The position numbers were made by a program, and so were the translations under genes. This document shows, one piece after another, positions 37,835 through 47,527 of a stretch of 64,000 bases of DNA. The notes under the pieces were generated by a model. It searched no databases, was not told the origin of the DNA, and was given only the letters and a program-made list of their open reading frames with translations. How positions within the stretch are numbered: position 1 is the stretch's first letter; every line of letters begins with the position of its first letter. The DNA comes from Candidatus Latescibacterota bacterium (lineage in GTDB: Bacteria; Latescibacterota; UBA2968; GCA-2709665), in contig CBDDDZ010000004.1 in NCBI GenBank assembly GCA_965226795.1, positions 544,001 through 608,000 on the forward strand. Direction: 5' to 3'.

Positions 37835-39000
37835 ACCTGGCGGGCAGGATGGCGCAGCTTGGCACCGAATCTGCGTTCGAAGTCCTGGTCAAAGCGCGAA
37901 ACCTCGAAGCCCAGGGCAGAGATGTGGTCCACCTTGAAATCGGCGAACCCGACTTCGATACACCGCCCCATATTGTCGATGCCGCCCAACAGGCGCTTCA
38001 TTCGGGTTATACGCACTACGGTCCTCCGATGGGCCTGCCGGAACTCCGCGAAGCCATCGCGAAGGATGTCTCCCGGTTCCGGGGAATTTCAGTCAATCCG
38101 GATCAGGTTGTGGTCACCCCGGGCGCCAAACCGATTATGTTCTACACCATTCTGGCCCTTGCCCAACCAGGAGACGAGGTTATCTATCCCGACCCCGGGT
38201 TTCCAATCTACGAGTCCGTAATCAGATTTGCGGGCGCCCAACCGGTACCGATTGCCCTCAAAGAGGAACGCGCCTTCAGTCTCGACGTGAACGAACTTGC
38301 TGATCTGATCACGGAGCGCACCCGGCTTCTCATCATCAATTCCCCTCAAAACCCCACCAGTGGCATCATTCCACCGGGAGACCTGGAGGCGATCGCGGAA
38401 ATCGTCGTCGACAAGGGCATCCCGGTCCTTGCCGACGAGATCTATTCCCGGATCCTGTACGAAGGCGAATTCCACAGCATCTCCGTTTACGAGGGCATGC
38501 AGGACCAGACCATCATCCTGGACGGCTTCTCCAAGACCTACGCCATGACGGGATGGCGCATCGGTTACGGGGTGATGCCGCGAAGCCTTGCGGATAAGTT
38601 CGGCCTCCTGATGGTCAACAGCAATTCCTGCACTGCGTCGTTCACCCAACGCGCCGCCCTGGCCGCACTCCAGGGTCCGCAGGATGACGTCCACGCGATG
38701 GTGGCTGAATTCAGACGGCGGCGGGATATCTTTGTCTCAGGACTCCGCGAAATTCCGGGCATTCGCTGCCCACGCCCCGGCGGCGCATTCTACCTCTTTC
38801 CGAATGTCTCAGACCTGGGTCTCTCGTCACAGAAATTCGCCGACCACCTCCTGTACGAAGGAAATGTCGCGGCTCTATCCGGACATGACTTCGGCGCCCG
38901 TGGCGAAGGCCACCTCCGCTTTTCCTACGCCAATTCGGTCGAGAATATCCATAAGGCGCTAAACCGCATCGCAGATTGCGTGCGGAAAATCCAGGGATAA
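37831..39000 (+). CDS. Class I/II PLP aminotransferase (aspartate aminotransferase-like)
   Basis: GEPDF, NSPQNPT, DEIY, FSKTYAMTGWRIG; ATGA overlap with pheA. Confidence 0.93.
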   Translation: MNLAGRMAQLGTESAFEVLVKARNLEAQGRDVVHLEIGEPDFDTPPHIVDAAQQALHSGYTHYGPPMGLPELREAIAKDVSRFRGISVNPDQVVVTPGAKPIMFYTILALAQPGDEVIYPDPGFPIYESVIRFAGAQPVPIALKEERAFSLDVNELADLITERTRLLIINSPQNPTSGIIPPGDLEAIAEIVVDKGIPVLADEIYSRILYEGEFHSISVYEGMQDQTIILDGFSKTYAMTGWRIGYGVMPRSLADKFGLLMVNSNSCTASFTQRAALAALQGPQDDVHAMVAEFRRRRDIFVSGLREIPGIRCPRPGGAFYLFPNVSDLGLSSQKFADHLLYEGNVAALSGHDFGARGEGHLRFSYANSVENIHKALNRIADCVRKIQG

Positions 39001-39005
39001 CACGT

Positions 39006-39035
39006 CCCTTCAACCCTGAAACTCCGGTTGAAGGG
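39006..39035. terminator. Hairpin downstream of the aminotransferase
   Basis: CCCTTCAACC-N10-GGTTGAAGGG, perfect 10-bp stem between convergent genes. Confidence 0.5.
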
Positions 39036-39223
39036 TTCCGGGAGCTTGTCGAAATAGTGAAGCGAGCCCGATGTTTCGACGGGAAACCCGGCTTGGGGGC
39101 CGCACACAAATCGCCTCGGCAACGAAAAGTTGTCGGGGCTCTGTGCTTTGAGGACGGACGGGGATCCGCATCAGCCTTTCGAAGGCGAACGAAACACCCG
39201 AGGGATCCGGTTCTCCCGCAGAT

Positions 39224-41335
39224 TTACCACATCACACGAAAAGACGTCGCCGCGCTCACCTCCTGCCGGCTGTTCAAATCCAGGACTATCACCCGGAATT
39301 CCCTTGGCCCGGGGAACATCTCCAGGTTCAACACCTGGTAAATCGGCTCCCACACCTGCGATCCCTTGTGGGTGTAGGAAACCGCCGTGGTCCACTCCGG
39401 CTCCGCCGCCTCGTCTTCCTTTACGTTTCGGATTTGGTAGGTCACCTGGTAGTTGGTGCCGCCGAACCGATCCTTCTGCAGATTGTAAATTTCATAGTAG
39501 AAATACGCCTGCGCGCCCTGCTCATACTGTTTGAGCGGATTGGGCAGAATGAGGTATCGCTTTCGCCCGTAGGGCGCTTGCTCCCTTTCAACAATTCGCC
39601 GCGCAAGCAGCATATCGCTCACACTCAGCGAATCGTATCCGAATGTTTCAACCCGCAACACGCTCCGAAACGTACCAATCGATTTTGTCTTCCGGTCCTC
39701 AGCCTCTGCCGCGATGAAATATTTCCCCGGCGCAAGCATCAGCTTCTCGCTGGCAAACAGATACCCTTCCCGGGTAGCCGCATATTGTACCCACGGCATC
39801 ACATCCACCCTTCCGATGTCCTTCCGCAATGTATCCCAATTGGCGTCGAACAGAAACAGACCCTGGCGTATTTCCACGGCCTGCGCCCCGGTTTGCGCTT
39901 TTCTGTGTTGTACTTCCTCTCCCGGAAGCGCGTAATATACCTCCACTCTGGTCTTGTCCCCATCCCCTCGAAATCGGGCCATCTGGTAAGGCGCGTCGTA
40001 GCGAACCCATTTGTATGGATCCTTATAGTACTCCGGTACCTTCGTCGTCATCGCGTCGAAATCCACCGGCCGATTTCCCAACCAGCCCACCCGATAGCGC
40101 CAGGTATCCCGCCCATCCGTATTTGCAAACAGCAGACGAAATCCGCCGTAGTCCCACATCTCCAGACGGGGACGATGTTTATACGGCATGGATCCCTGCT
40201 GATTCAGCCAATACAGATGATCCTGGTACCACATCGGTTCATCCAGACCGGTATCGATCTCGGGCGGGCGGACACTCCTCCCCTCCGGACGCCCATACCG
40301 GATATACGCCTGCCCCTTGTCCGTCGTCCATCCCGCGATTCCCCGTTCCGGATCTCCGAAACGCAGGTTGGTATACGCCACCCGTCCGCAATGCTCCATC
40401 AGGCGTTCGTTAATCGGCGTCAGGAATAACGGATCACGCCCCGTCCAGAATGCCCGCAACGCCTCCTCATCCGGCAGTTCTTCGTCCGCCTCCATACTCT
40501 TTTTTCCGACCAGCATGAATACGGACATCATGAACTGCTGTTGGCGCGGCTGCATCCGGCGCAATCCGTTCACATAGGCCGGATAGGCACGCTTGAGTTC
40601 GTCCTGCGCCTGGTATGCCAACCCTAAAAAGAAATAAGCGTTCGGATCGTCCGGGTGGCGTTTCAGGAAATCCTCGAATAGCAACGCCATCTTTTCCGGC
40701 ATCTGGGCTTCGTAATACACCAATCCCAACAGAAGCAGCGAAGGTCTGTGGTCCGGATCGACATTCAGCGCTCTGGTCAGATATCCGATCGCCTGATCCC
40801 GGTCTTCCTCCCCGAATTTTTCCAGACTGAACGATCTCGTGCGTCGATTGCCTAAATCGTCGTACTGATAATCGACCCGCTCGCCTTCCAGGTAACGCGA
40901 CATCTGCCAAGCCGCGTACCTGCCGGCCAGGTACAGAGCGCCAACGTGGTTCGGATTCAGGTCAATGCCTCTCTTTGCATTCTTGTAGGCGTGGCCCCGT
41001 CTGCCCAGGGCCCATAGCACTCTCGCGTACTCAATACGGAAATCCATGTTCGTTTTGTCTTTCCGCATCGCGCGCCGCAGCCAGGTGGAGGCCTGCCTCC
41101 GCGTACCCGGTGTCCGTTCATCGCCGTAAAGCCGGGCGAGTTCGTACATTGCCCATCCTGTATCGTCGAACCGAATCGCCTCTCTGATAAGCCTTACGCG
41201 GTTCCGGTATTCGCCCGTGGTGTCCGACGCCGCCGCAAGGAGCGAATCCACCCGCATCGAAACCGCTCTGGCGGCTTCGACGGGCGCCACGCAGACCAGA
41301 ATGGCCCCCACAATCACATAAGCCAATGGCCGCAT
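39224..41335 (-). CDS. Secreted TPR + GWxTD domain protein
   Basis: Signal peptide, TPR-like helices, FWTGRDP...EHCGRV...GWTTDKGQAYIRYGRP. Confidence 0.9.
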   Translation of the reverse strand: MRPLAYVIVGAILVCVAPVEAARAVSMRVDSLLAAASDTTGEYRNRVRLIREAIRFDDTGWAMYELARLYGDERTPGTRRQASTWLRRAMRKDKTNMDFRIEYARVLWALGRRGHAYKNAKRGIDLNPNHVGALYLAGRYAAWQMSRYLEGERVDYQYDDLGNRRTRSFSLEKFGEEDRDQAIGYLTRALNVDPDHRPSLLLLGLVYYEAQMPEKMALLFEDFLKRHPDDPNAYFFLGLAYQAQDELKRAYPAYVNGLRRMQPRQQQFMMSVFMLVGKKSMEADEELPDEEALRAFWTGRDPLFLTPINERLMEHCGRVAYTNLRFGDPERGIAGWTTDKGQAYIRYGRPEGRSVRPPEIDTGLDEPMWYQDHLYWLNQQGSMPYKHRPRLEMWDYGGFRLLFANTDGRDTWRYRVGWLGNRPVDFDAMTTKVPEYYKDPYKWVRYDAPYQMARFRGDGDKTRVEVYYALPGEEVQHRKAQTGAQAVEIRQGLFLFDANWDTLRKDIGRVDVMPWVQYAATREGYLFASEKLMLAPGKYFIAAEAEDRKTKSIGTFRSVLRVETFGYDSLSVSDMLLARRIVEREQAPYGRKRYLILPNPLKQYEQGAQAYFYYEIYNLQKDRFGGTNYQVTYQIRNVKEDEAAEPEWTTAVSYTHKGSQVWEPIYQVLNLEMFPGPREFRVIVLDLNSRQEVSAATSFRVMW

Positions 41336-41396
41336 ACTCCCTCCTGAAAGTGGCTCCCAACGTCGCGAAATCTGTAACAACGCGATAAATGGCAGT

Positions 41397-41425
41397 TTGA
41401 CAATGAAACAGATGCCCGGTATCAT
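41397..41425 (+). promoter_or_regulatory. Sigma70 promoter upstream of the hydrolase gene
   Basis: TTGACA-17 bp-TATCAT. Confidence 0.6.
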
Positions 41426-41618
41426 GTACCGGTATCATGTATACGAACGATCCGTTGAAAAGTTCTCCGCCAATTCCGCCGGGCCCGCATCTCAACTGGA
41501 AAAAACGCCGGGAATGAATTGTGCTGACGGCGTCCCACTCTTGAGGACGTGCAATCCGGGGCGGAGACGCACATCGGCTGCCACGTTCCAATATAAAGCG
41601 CTATTCTCGGAGATTTCC

Positions 41619-42689
41619 ATGTTCAGCCCCTACAGCCAGCCCCCTGAGGTCATCAACCGCTGGATCAACGATCGCCAGCGACTGCTTCGAAATGAATCCG
41701 AAGACTTTCTTCGCAACGAAGTCCTGAACTACGGCCCGCGGCAGGCCGCGCACTGGAATCGGGACTACAGTTCGGTTGAAGCCTTTGAAAGTTCAGTCGA
41801 AGCCAACCGCCGCCGCTGGCAGGAAACGATCGGCATCTTCGATGCCGACGGCACCCGACTCGAACCAGTACTGGATCTATGGTACGAAGACGACAGGTTC
41901 ACCGCGTGGTGGCTTACCATCGGATTATTTGGCAATCTGAAGGGCCGCGGTATACTCGCCCTGCCCAAAGGCAAGGACGATCCTTTCCCGCTTGTCATCG
42001 CCCAGCACGGTATCGGATCGTCGCCCGAAAAGGCATTTGGCCTGGGTGATCCTGACGATACATACAAGTCCTACGGTCGTCGCCTGGCGGAAGAGGGGTT
42101 TGCCGTTATCGCCCCGATGAATATTTCGGGCGCCTCTCCTCGAGCCCGGCAGGAACGCCTCTGCAAGCTCCTGGGCAAAACTCTTTGGGGCCTCGAGATC
42201 TACCGTACCCAGCGCCTCCTGGACTACCTGGAAACCCGCCCTGAAATCGATACCAAACGCACAGCCATGTATGGCATCAGCCTCGGCGGCGCCTACACCA
42301 TGTTCACGACCCCGATCGAACCCCGCATCAGGGCCGCCGTGGTGTGCGCCTGGTTCAACCACAGGCGTAAGAAAATGGCCGTGGACGACCCCCGGTACAG
42401 CTGCTTTCTTTCTGTCAACGAAGAGCACGTATGGATTCCCGGCTGGCTGAGCGCGTTCACCGACAGCGACCTGGTGTCGCTCATCTGTCCCCGTCCCCTG
42501 CTGGTAGAGCAGGGCAAAGCCGACGGCATCGCGTGGTGGCCAATGATGCTCGAGGAGTATCACCTGGCCCGCGAACACTACGCCAGACTCGGTTTATCCG
42601 AAAGTATCGAAATTGACCTTCACGAAGGCGGCCACGAGATCCGGCTCGACAGGAGCCTTCAATTTCTCAAGAAATGGCTGGCGCCGTAG
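41619..42689 (+). CDS. Alpha/beta hydrolase (dienelactone hydrolase / acetylxylan esterase-like)
   Basis: AQHG, GISLGG nucleophile elbow, GKAD, HEGGHE. Confidence 0.85.
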   Translation: MFSPYSQPPEVINRWINDRQRLLRNESEDFLRNEVLNYGPRQAAHWNRDYSSVEAFESSVEANRRRWQETIGIFDADGTRLEPVLDLWYEDDRFTAWWLTIGLFGNLKGRGILALPKGKDDPFPLVIAQHGIGSSPEKAFGLGDPDDTYKSYGRRLAEEGFAVIAPMNISGASPRARQERLCKLLGKTLWGLEIYRTQRLLDYLETRPEIDTKRTAMYGISLGGAYTMFTTPIEPRIRAAVVCAWFNHRRKKMAVDDPRYSCFLSVNEEHVWIPGWLSAFTDSDLVSLICPRPLLVEQGKADGIAWWPMMLEEYHLAREHYARLGLSESIEIDLHEGGHEIRLDRSLQFLKKWLAP

Positions 42690-42752
42690 CCGGTCCCGTC
42701 TTAAGACGCCGGAAGCCGGGGCCCGGTGGTTAGCTGAATTTCGTTCTGAATC

Positions 42753-42780
42753 TTGACGGCTGAACCATACCGTCTAAAAT
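42753..42780 (+). promoter_or_regulatory. Putative sigma70 promoter overlapping a short inverted repeat
   Basis: TTGACG-16 bp-TAAAAT; GACGG-N10-CCGTC lies inside it. Confidence 0.45.
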
Positions 42781-42802
42781 ACATTACGCAAAGGAAAAAA
42801 AC

Positions 42803-43801
42803 ATGGTAAAACTCGGTGTCTTCGGATGCGCGGGCATTGCGACCCATCAGCTGAGTTCCATCTGGGCCGGCAATCGCTTCGAATTGGTGGCCGGCGCGGA
42901 TGTCCGCCCGACGCAATTCGATGTATTCAGGAAAAAATTCGACATGCGGCACGGGTACACCGACTACCGGGTTCTGCTTGCCGAGGCCGATATTGAAGCC
43001 GTCATGATCTGCACGCCCACCTTCCTCCATCCGGAAATGGCCATCGCCTCCGCTGAGGCCGGCAAACATATCTTCTGCCAGAAACCTATGGCAATGAACT
43101 CTTACGATTGTTACCGCATGATCCAGACATGCCGCAAGAATAACGTCAAACTGCAGATCGGTTTTGTACGGCGTTTCGACAACGACTGGGGCACGGTCAA
43201 AAGAGTCGTCGAATCCGGCAGGCTGGGAAGTCCTGTTCTCTGGCGCCAGATCGCCGGGGGCTCGCCCCCGGGCAGCCCGTTTTTTATGGATCGCTTTCAG
43301 GGCGGCGGACCGATGATCGACGGAATGGTCCACAACTACGACTTCGCGGTCCACTGTTTCGGCCAACCCATGGAAGTCAAGTCCATGCCTATGAAAATTC
43401 ACCACACATCCACGGCATGGGATACGGGCACCGTCCTCGTCCGCTTCGAACGGGGCGATGCCATCATGTGTTCCTGGACCTGGGGGCTGCCGGCCGGCGT
43501 TCGCACCGTAGGTGGCACGGACATCATCGGTCCCAACGGCGTGCTCTTGTTTCCCGGAAACTACGATCCGAAAAAAGCCGAAGGCAAATACGACGCCGAT
43601 ACCCAGGGCGCCTATCTCCTATCCATGGCCGACGGCGAAGAGGAAGTCATCCCCTTCGAAAAGAAAAACATGTTTCGGGATGAGATGCTGCATTTTGCCG
43701 ATTGGGTTCAGAGTGGAGCCGAACCGCTCGTCACCGGAGAAGACGGCTTGTGCGCCACCCGGATTGCCGAACTCGCGCTCAACGGCGGCGGTCTGTATTA
43801 G
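42803..43801 (+). CDS. Gfo/Idh/MocA oxidoreductase
   Basis: GVFGCAGI, CQKPMA, GGGPMIDGMVH. Confidence 0.9.
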   Translation: MVKLGVFGCAGIATHQLSSIWAGNRFELVAGADVRPTQFDVFRKKFDMRHGYTDYRVLLAEADIEAVMICTPTFLHPEMAIASAEAGKHIFCQKPMAMNSYDCYRMIQTCRKNNVKLQIGFVRRFDNDWGTVKRVVESGRLGSPVLWRQIAGGSPPGSPFFMDRFQGGGPMIDGMVHNYDFAVHCFGQPMEVKSMPMKIHHTSTAWDTGTVLVRFERGDAIMCSWTWGLPAGVRTVGGTDIIGPNGVLLFPGNYDPKKAEGKYDADTQGAYLLSMADGEEEVIPFEKKNMFRDEMLHFADWVQSGAEPLVTGEDGLCATRIAELALNGGGLY

Positions 43802-43948
43802 ACCAGAGAGCGTGAAATGTTTGAACGGATTTACTTCGATCGTGGGGGCGCTGGCACACAGCGCAAGCCCGCTGTTCGCCGACACGGTGAAGCCGGAAGC
43901 GTATGCCGCCGCGCTCGAGGAGAACAATTCCCCATCCGGGGCATCGCA

Positions 43949-45994
43949 ATGACCACTCGAACCATCCTGATGCTGGCCGTTCTCCTCTGTACGGCGCCAA
44001 CCCTGTATGCGCAGGGCAGCGAAACTCAACCGGACGTCGACTTCAACGGCGACGCAGCCGTCGACTTCCAGGATTTCATCCTGTTCGCGAGAGCGTTCGG
44101 CACGAATCAGACCCTTTACGACCTGGACAACGACGGGATTGTCGGCTTTAGAGACTTCCTGCTCTTTGCCCGGTCGTTTGGCCAGACCGACGCCCCAATT
44201 CCACATATCCGCAATATCGGCATCCCTGTACGTTCGGTAAACTGGGTCCGCCTCCATCCGGGCCGAAACAGCGAGGACCGCCCACGGGTGTACGTCACTA
44301 TGGGTCAACAGGCCGACAACCTGTTCGTCCTCCAGATCGACCCCGAAACCGGCGACTTCCACCAGTTCGTCTCCCCGGTACCCCGCTCGAACTACCCTAC
44401 CGCCACCCTGATGAGCCGGTCAGGACGCCTTTACATCGGTTCCGCGTATGCTGGCCATCTCCTCTGTTTCGATCCTCGACAGAACGCCCTTCTGGATCTG
44501 GGCGCCATCAACCCGGGAGCCGCCACTTTCCCATGCCAAATCGACGAAGATCAGAACGGTCGCATCTGGATCGGTAGTTATCCAGGAGCTGACCTTACGG
44601 TTTACGATCCAAAAACAGGCGAGTTCACACGCTACGGTCGCGTGTCCAGCCTCGACAAGTACAACTATCCCCTGGTCGCCCCTGACGGAAAAATCGCTTG
44701 CCGCATCTGGCCGACACGGCCGCATGTCGTCGTCTTCGATCCCACCACGAAGGAAAGTTTCCTTGTCGGGCCGATAACATACAAGGGCCAGGGTACGCTT
44801 ACTTTGGAAAGAAGAAGGGACGACAACCTCTACGTCATCACGTCGGACTACGGCAATTTCCAGATTTCCGGCAACGTAGGGATTCCCGTCACGAGTCTGC
44901 CGGGGCGCATACCCCGGCCCACGCTGCCCGACGGCAGCACTTTCTTTTTCGCGGACGCCCGCCAGCAGATCAATCGCACCCTCAGCATCCGCAGCCCCTT
45001 CGGCCGCGTCCGCTCTTTCGAACTTGACTACAGGGCCAGCGGCAGCGACGTCTTTTACGTTCATACCGGCCCGGACGGCCTCATCTACGGTTCCAGCATC
45101 CTGCCACTGCACCTCTTCCGCTACAATCCCGCCTCCGGTGATCTCGCCGACCTTGGCAAATGCTCCACTTCCGGCGGCGAAGCCTATTCCATGGCAAACC
45201 TGGAAGGTAAACTTTATATCTCCTCCTATCCGGCCGCTCGCATTTCCGTCTACGACCCTTCACTCCCGTATCACTTTGGTTCAGGCCCGGACGACAACCC
45301 TCGTGAGTTGGGTCGGCTGGACGACATCTCCTACCGGCCTCGCTCCACGCTCGCCGGTCCAATGGGCAGGGTGTGGATCGCGTCTGTACCGGACTATGGC
45401 CGGTGGGGCGGCCCTCTCGCCTATTACGATCCCGAGAACGATGCCAGAAAATCCTACAAGCGCATCGCGGGGGACGCGAGTTGTTACACCCTCGCTCATA
45501 TGGAGCGCCAGAATCTTATCGCCGTGGGCACCAATATCAGCGGCGGCAGCGGGACGGATCCCAGAGTCAGCGAAGCCACGCTCTTTCTATGGGACTACAA
45601 CGCCGAAGAAAAAGCCTGGGAGGGCACGATTGAAGGGCGAAGCGCACCCGTTTCGGTCTTCAATGCGTTGCTCGTTGGGCCCGACGGCCTGCTATATGGA
45701 ACAGTGCGGGGCGGAGGCCTCGATGAGCTCTTTGTGTTCGATCCCGACACCCGCGCCTTCATCCATCGAATCTCGCTGCCCGGTGGACGCCCTCTGGACC
45801 TGGGACTGCAGAACGGGCCTGACGGCAAGATTTACGGCTTCACCACGTCTCTCATCTACAGTCTCGACCCCTCCACCCGTCAGGTTGAGGAGATTCTCAG
45901 CGTGGAAGACGGTATCCAAATAGCAGGGCCGATTCTGGACAAGAAGATTTACTTCGCGACCGGCGTGGTGCTTCGGTCGGCCACCATATTCTAA
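43949..45994 (+). CDS. Secreted protein: EF-hand/dockerin-like module plus beta-propeller repeats
   Basis: Signal peptide ending LYA-Q; DFNGDAAVDFQDFILFARAFG and DLDNDGIVGFRDFLLFARSFG; repeated GPDGxIYG and YDP motifs. Confidence 0.85.
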   Translation: MTTRTILMLAVLLCTAPTLYAQGSETQPDVDFNGDAAVDFQDFILFARAFGTNQTLYDLDNDGIVGFRDFLLFARSFGQTDAPIPHIRNIGIPVRSVNWVRLHPGRNSEDRPRVYVTMGQQADNLFVLQIDPETGDFHQFVSPVPRSNYPTATLMSRSGRLYIGSAYAGHLLCFDPRQNALLDLGAINPGAATFPCQIDEDQNGRIWIGSYPGADLTVYDPKTGEFTRYGRVSSLDKYNYPLVAPDGKIACRIWPTRPHVVVFDPTTKESFLVGPITYKGQGTLTLERRRDDNLYVITSDYGNFQISGNVGIPVTSLPGRIPRPTLPDGSTFFFADARQQINRTLSIRSPFGRVRSFELDYRASGSDVFYVHTGPDGLIYGSSILPLHLFRYNPASGDLADLGKCSTSGGEAYSMANLEGKLYISSYPAARISVYDPSLPYHFGSGPDDNPRELGRLDDISYRPRSTLAGPMGRVWIASVPDYGRWGGPLAYYDPENDARKSYKRIAGDASCYTLAHMERQNLIAVGTNISGGSGTDPRVSEATLFLWDYNAEEKAWEGTIEGRSAPVSVFNALLVGPDGLLYGTVRGGGLDELFVFDPDTRAFIHRISLPGGRPLDLGLQNGPDGKIYGFTTSLIYSLDPSTRQVEEILSVEDGIQIAGPILDKKIYFATGVVLRSATIF

Positions 45995-46060
45995 CCCGTT
46001 TCAAGTGTGAACAATACCGGTATTCGCCGGTCGATGCCGGGATAGGTGGGCGTTTTTGAG

Positions 46061-46089
46061 TTGCATGGCCGCCTTTCAGGCGATATTGT
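46061..46089 (+). promoter_or_regulatory. Putative sigma70 promoter
   Basis: TTGCAT-17 bp-TATTGT. Confidence 0.45.
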
Positions 46090-46270
46090 AGGGACTTGAG
46101 TCAGCATCGGTCATCCACCCGCCGGAAGACGAACGGGCAGATGACCGATTAAGCGACACCTCCTTCAAACAAACCACGGGCGACCCTCCCGCCACACCAG
46201 GACATCTGCGTTGGCGGACCTGTCTTTTTGTCTTTGTGACCGTATGTCACGCCTCACAGGGGTACACCGA

Positions 46271-47338
46271 ATGGCCCGCAAAGCCTCGACGAGAAAGCTC
46301 CGTATCGCCTTCATTGGCGCGGGAGGCATCGCCGGAACCCACATGCGTTGTTTCACGGAGATGGACGACGTGGAAATGGTCGCCATGGCCGATATCTCAG
46401 AGAAGGCCCTGGAACAGCGATCAAAAGAGTACAACATCTCGAACTGTTTTACAGACTACACGGCCATGCTGCGGAATATGAGACCCGAAGCCGTAAGCAT
46501 CTGTACTCCAAACGGCCTCCACGCTCCCACCGCCATTGCCTCGCTCGCGGCGGGTGCTCACGTCATTGTCGAAAAACCGATGGCCATGAATGCCCGTGAA
46601 GGGATGGCTATGCTCGACGCTGCCAGGAACCATCGGCGAAAACTCGTCGTCGGCTTTCAGCAACGCTTCGACCCGAAAACCCAATTCATCAAGAAAGCCG
46701 TGGACGGCGGCCGTCTGGGAAGGATTGTGTTTGGCCGCGTGCAGGCCCTGCGCAGACGCGGCATTCCCAACTGGGGTGTTTTCGGCCGGAAAGAACTCCA
46801 GGGCGGCGGTCCGCTCGTCGACATCGGCGTCCACGTACTGGAAGCCGTCCACTACGTCATGGGCTCACCCAGACCCGTCGCAGCCAGTGGAAATGTCTTT
46901 ACCTACCTCGGCAATAGAAAATCAGAAACGGCCTGCAGGTGGCCGGACTGGGATCACAAGACCTACACCGTAGAAGACCTTGCGGTGGGCCAGATCCGCT
47001 TTGACGACGGCGCCGTCATTCACGTTGAATCCAGCTTCGCCGCCCACATCCAGTCCGACGTCTGGAACTTCCAGCTTATGGGCGAAAAAGGCGGCGCCAC
47101 ATGGAATCCTCCGTCCATCGCCCGGGACGACAACGGATACATGGTCAATACCGAACCCGGCTGGCTGCCAAAATCTGATTTCGGTTCGGCTTTTGGCGCC
47201 AAACTTCGCAACTTTGTAGACCATGTCCTTCACGACAAACCCACTCTTGCACCCGCCGAACATGGCCTGATGGTCCAACAAATGATGGACGCCATTTACG
47301 AATCCGCCGAAAAGGGACGTGAAGTTGGCATCGATTGA
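46271..47338 (+). CDS. Gfo/Idh/MocA oxidoreductase
   Basis: IGAGGI, EKPMA, RRRGIPNWG, GGGPLVDIGVH. Confidence 0.92.
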   Translation: MARKASTRKLRIAFIGAGGIAGTHMRCFTEMDDVEMVAMADISEKALEQRSKEYNISNCFTDYTAMLRNMRPEAVSICTPNGLHAPTAIASLAAGAHVIVEKPMAMNAREGMAMLDAARNHRRKLVVGFQQRFDPKTQFIKKAVDGGRLGRIVFGRVQALRRRGIPNWGVFGRKELQGGGPLVDIGVHVLEAVHYVMGSPRPVAASGNVFTYLGNRKSETACRWPDWDHKTYTVEDLAVGQIRFDDGAVIHVESSFAAHIQSDVWNFQLMGEKGGATWNPPSIARDDNGYMVNTEPGWLPKSDFGSAFGAKLRNFVDHVLHDKPTLAPAEHGLMVQQMMDAIYESAEKGREVGID

Positions 47339-47527
47339 GTCGGTGCGCGGGTCAGCGATTCGCGTTCCTGGTCCAGGGGCTGAACGAAGGACGACGGATC
47401 GACGCTTTTCTTGAACCATCTATTACAACGGATTCAACGAGGACGACGCCTCTTACGGAGAGGCGGAATTCGATCCGTTCGGACATCAAAATACCTTTTT
47501 CACTTCCCATACGGCATGGAAATACCG

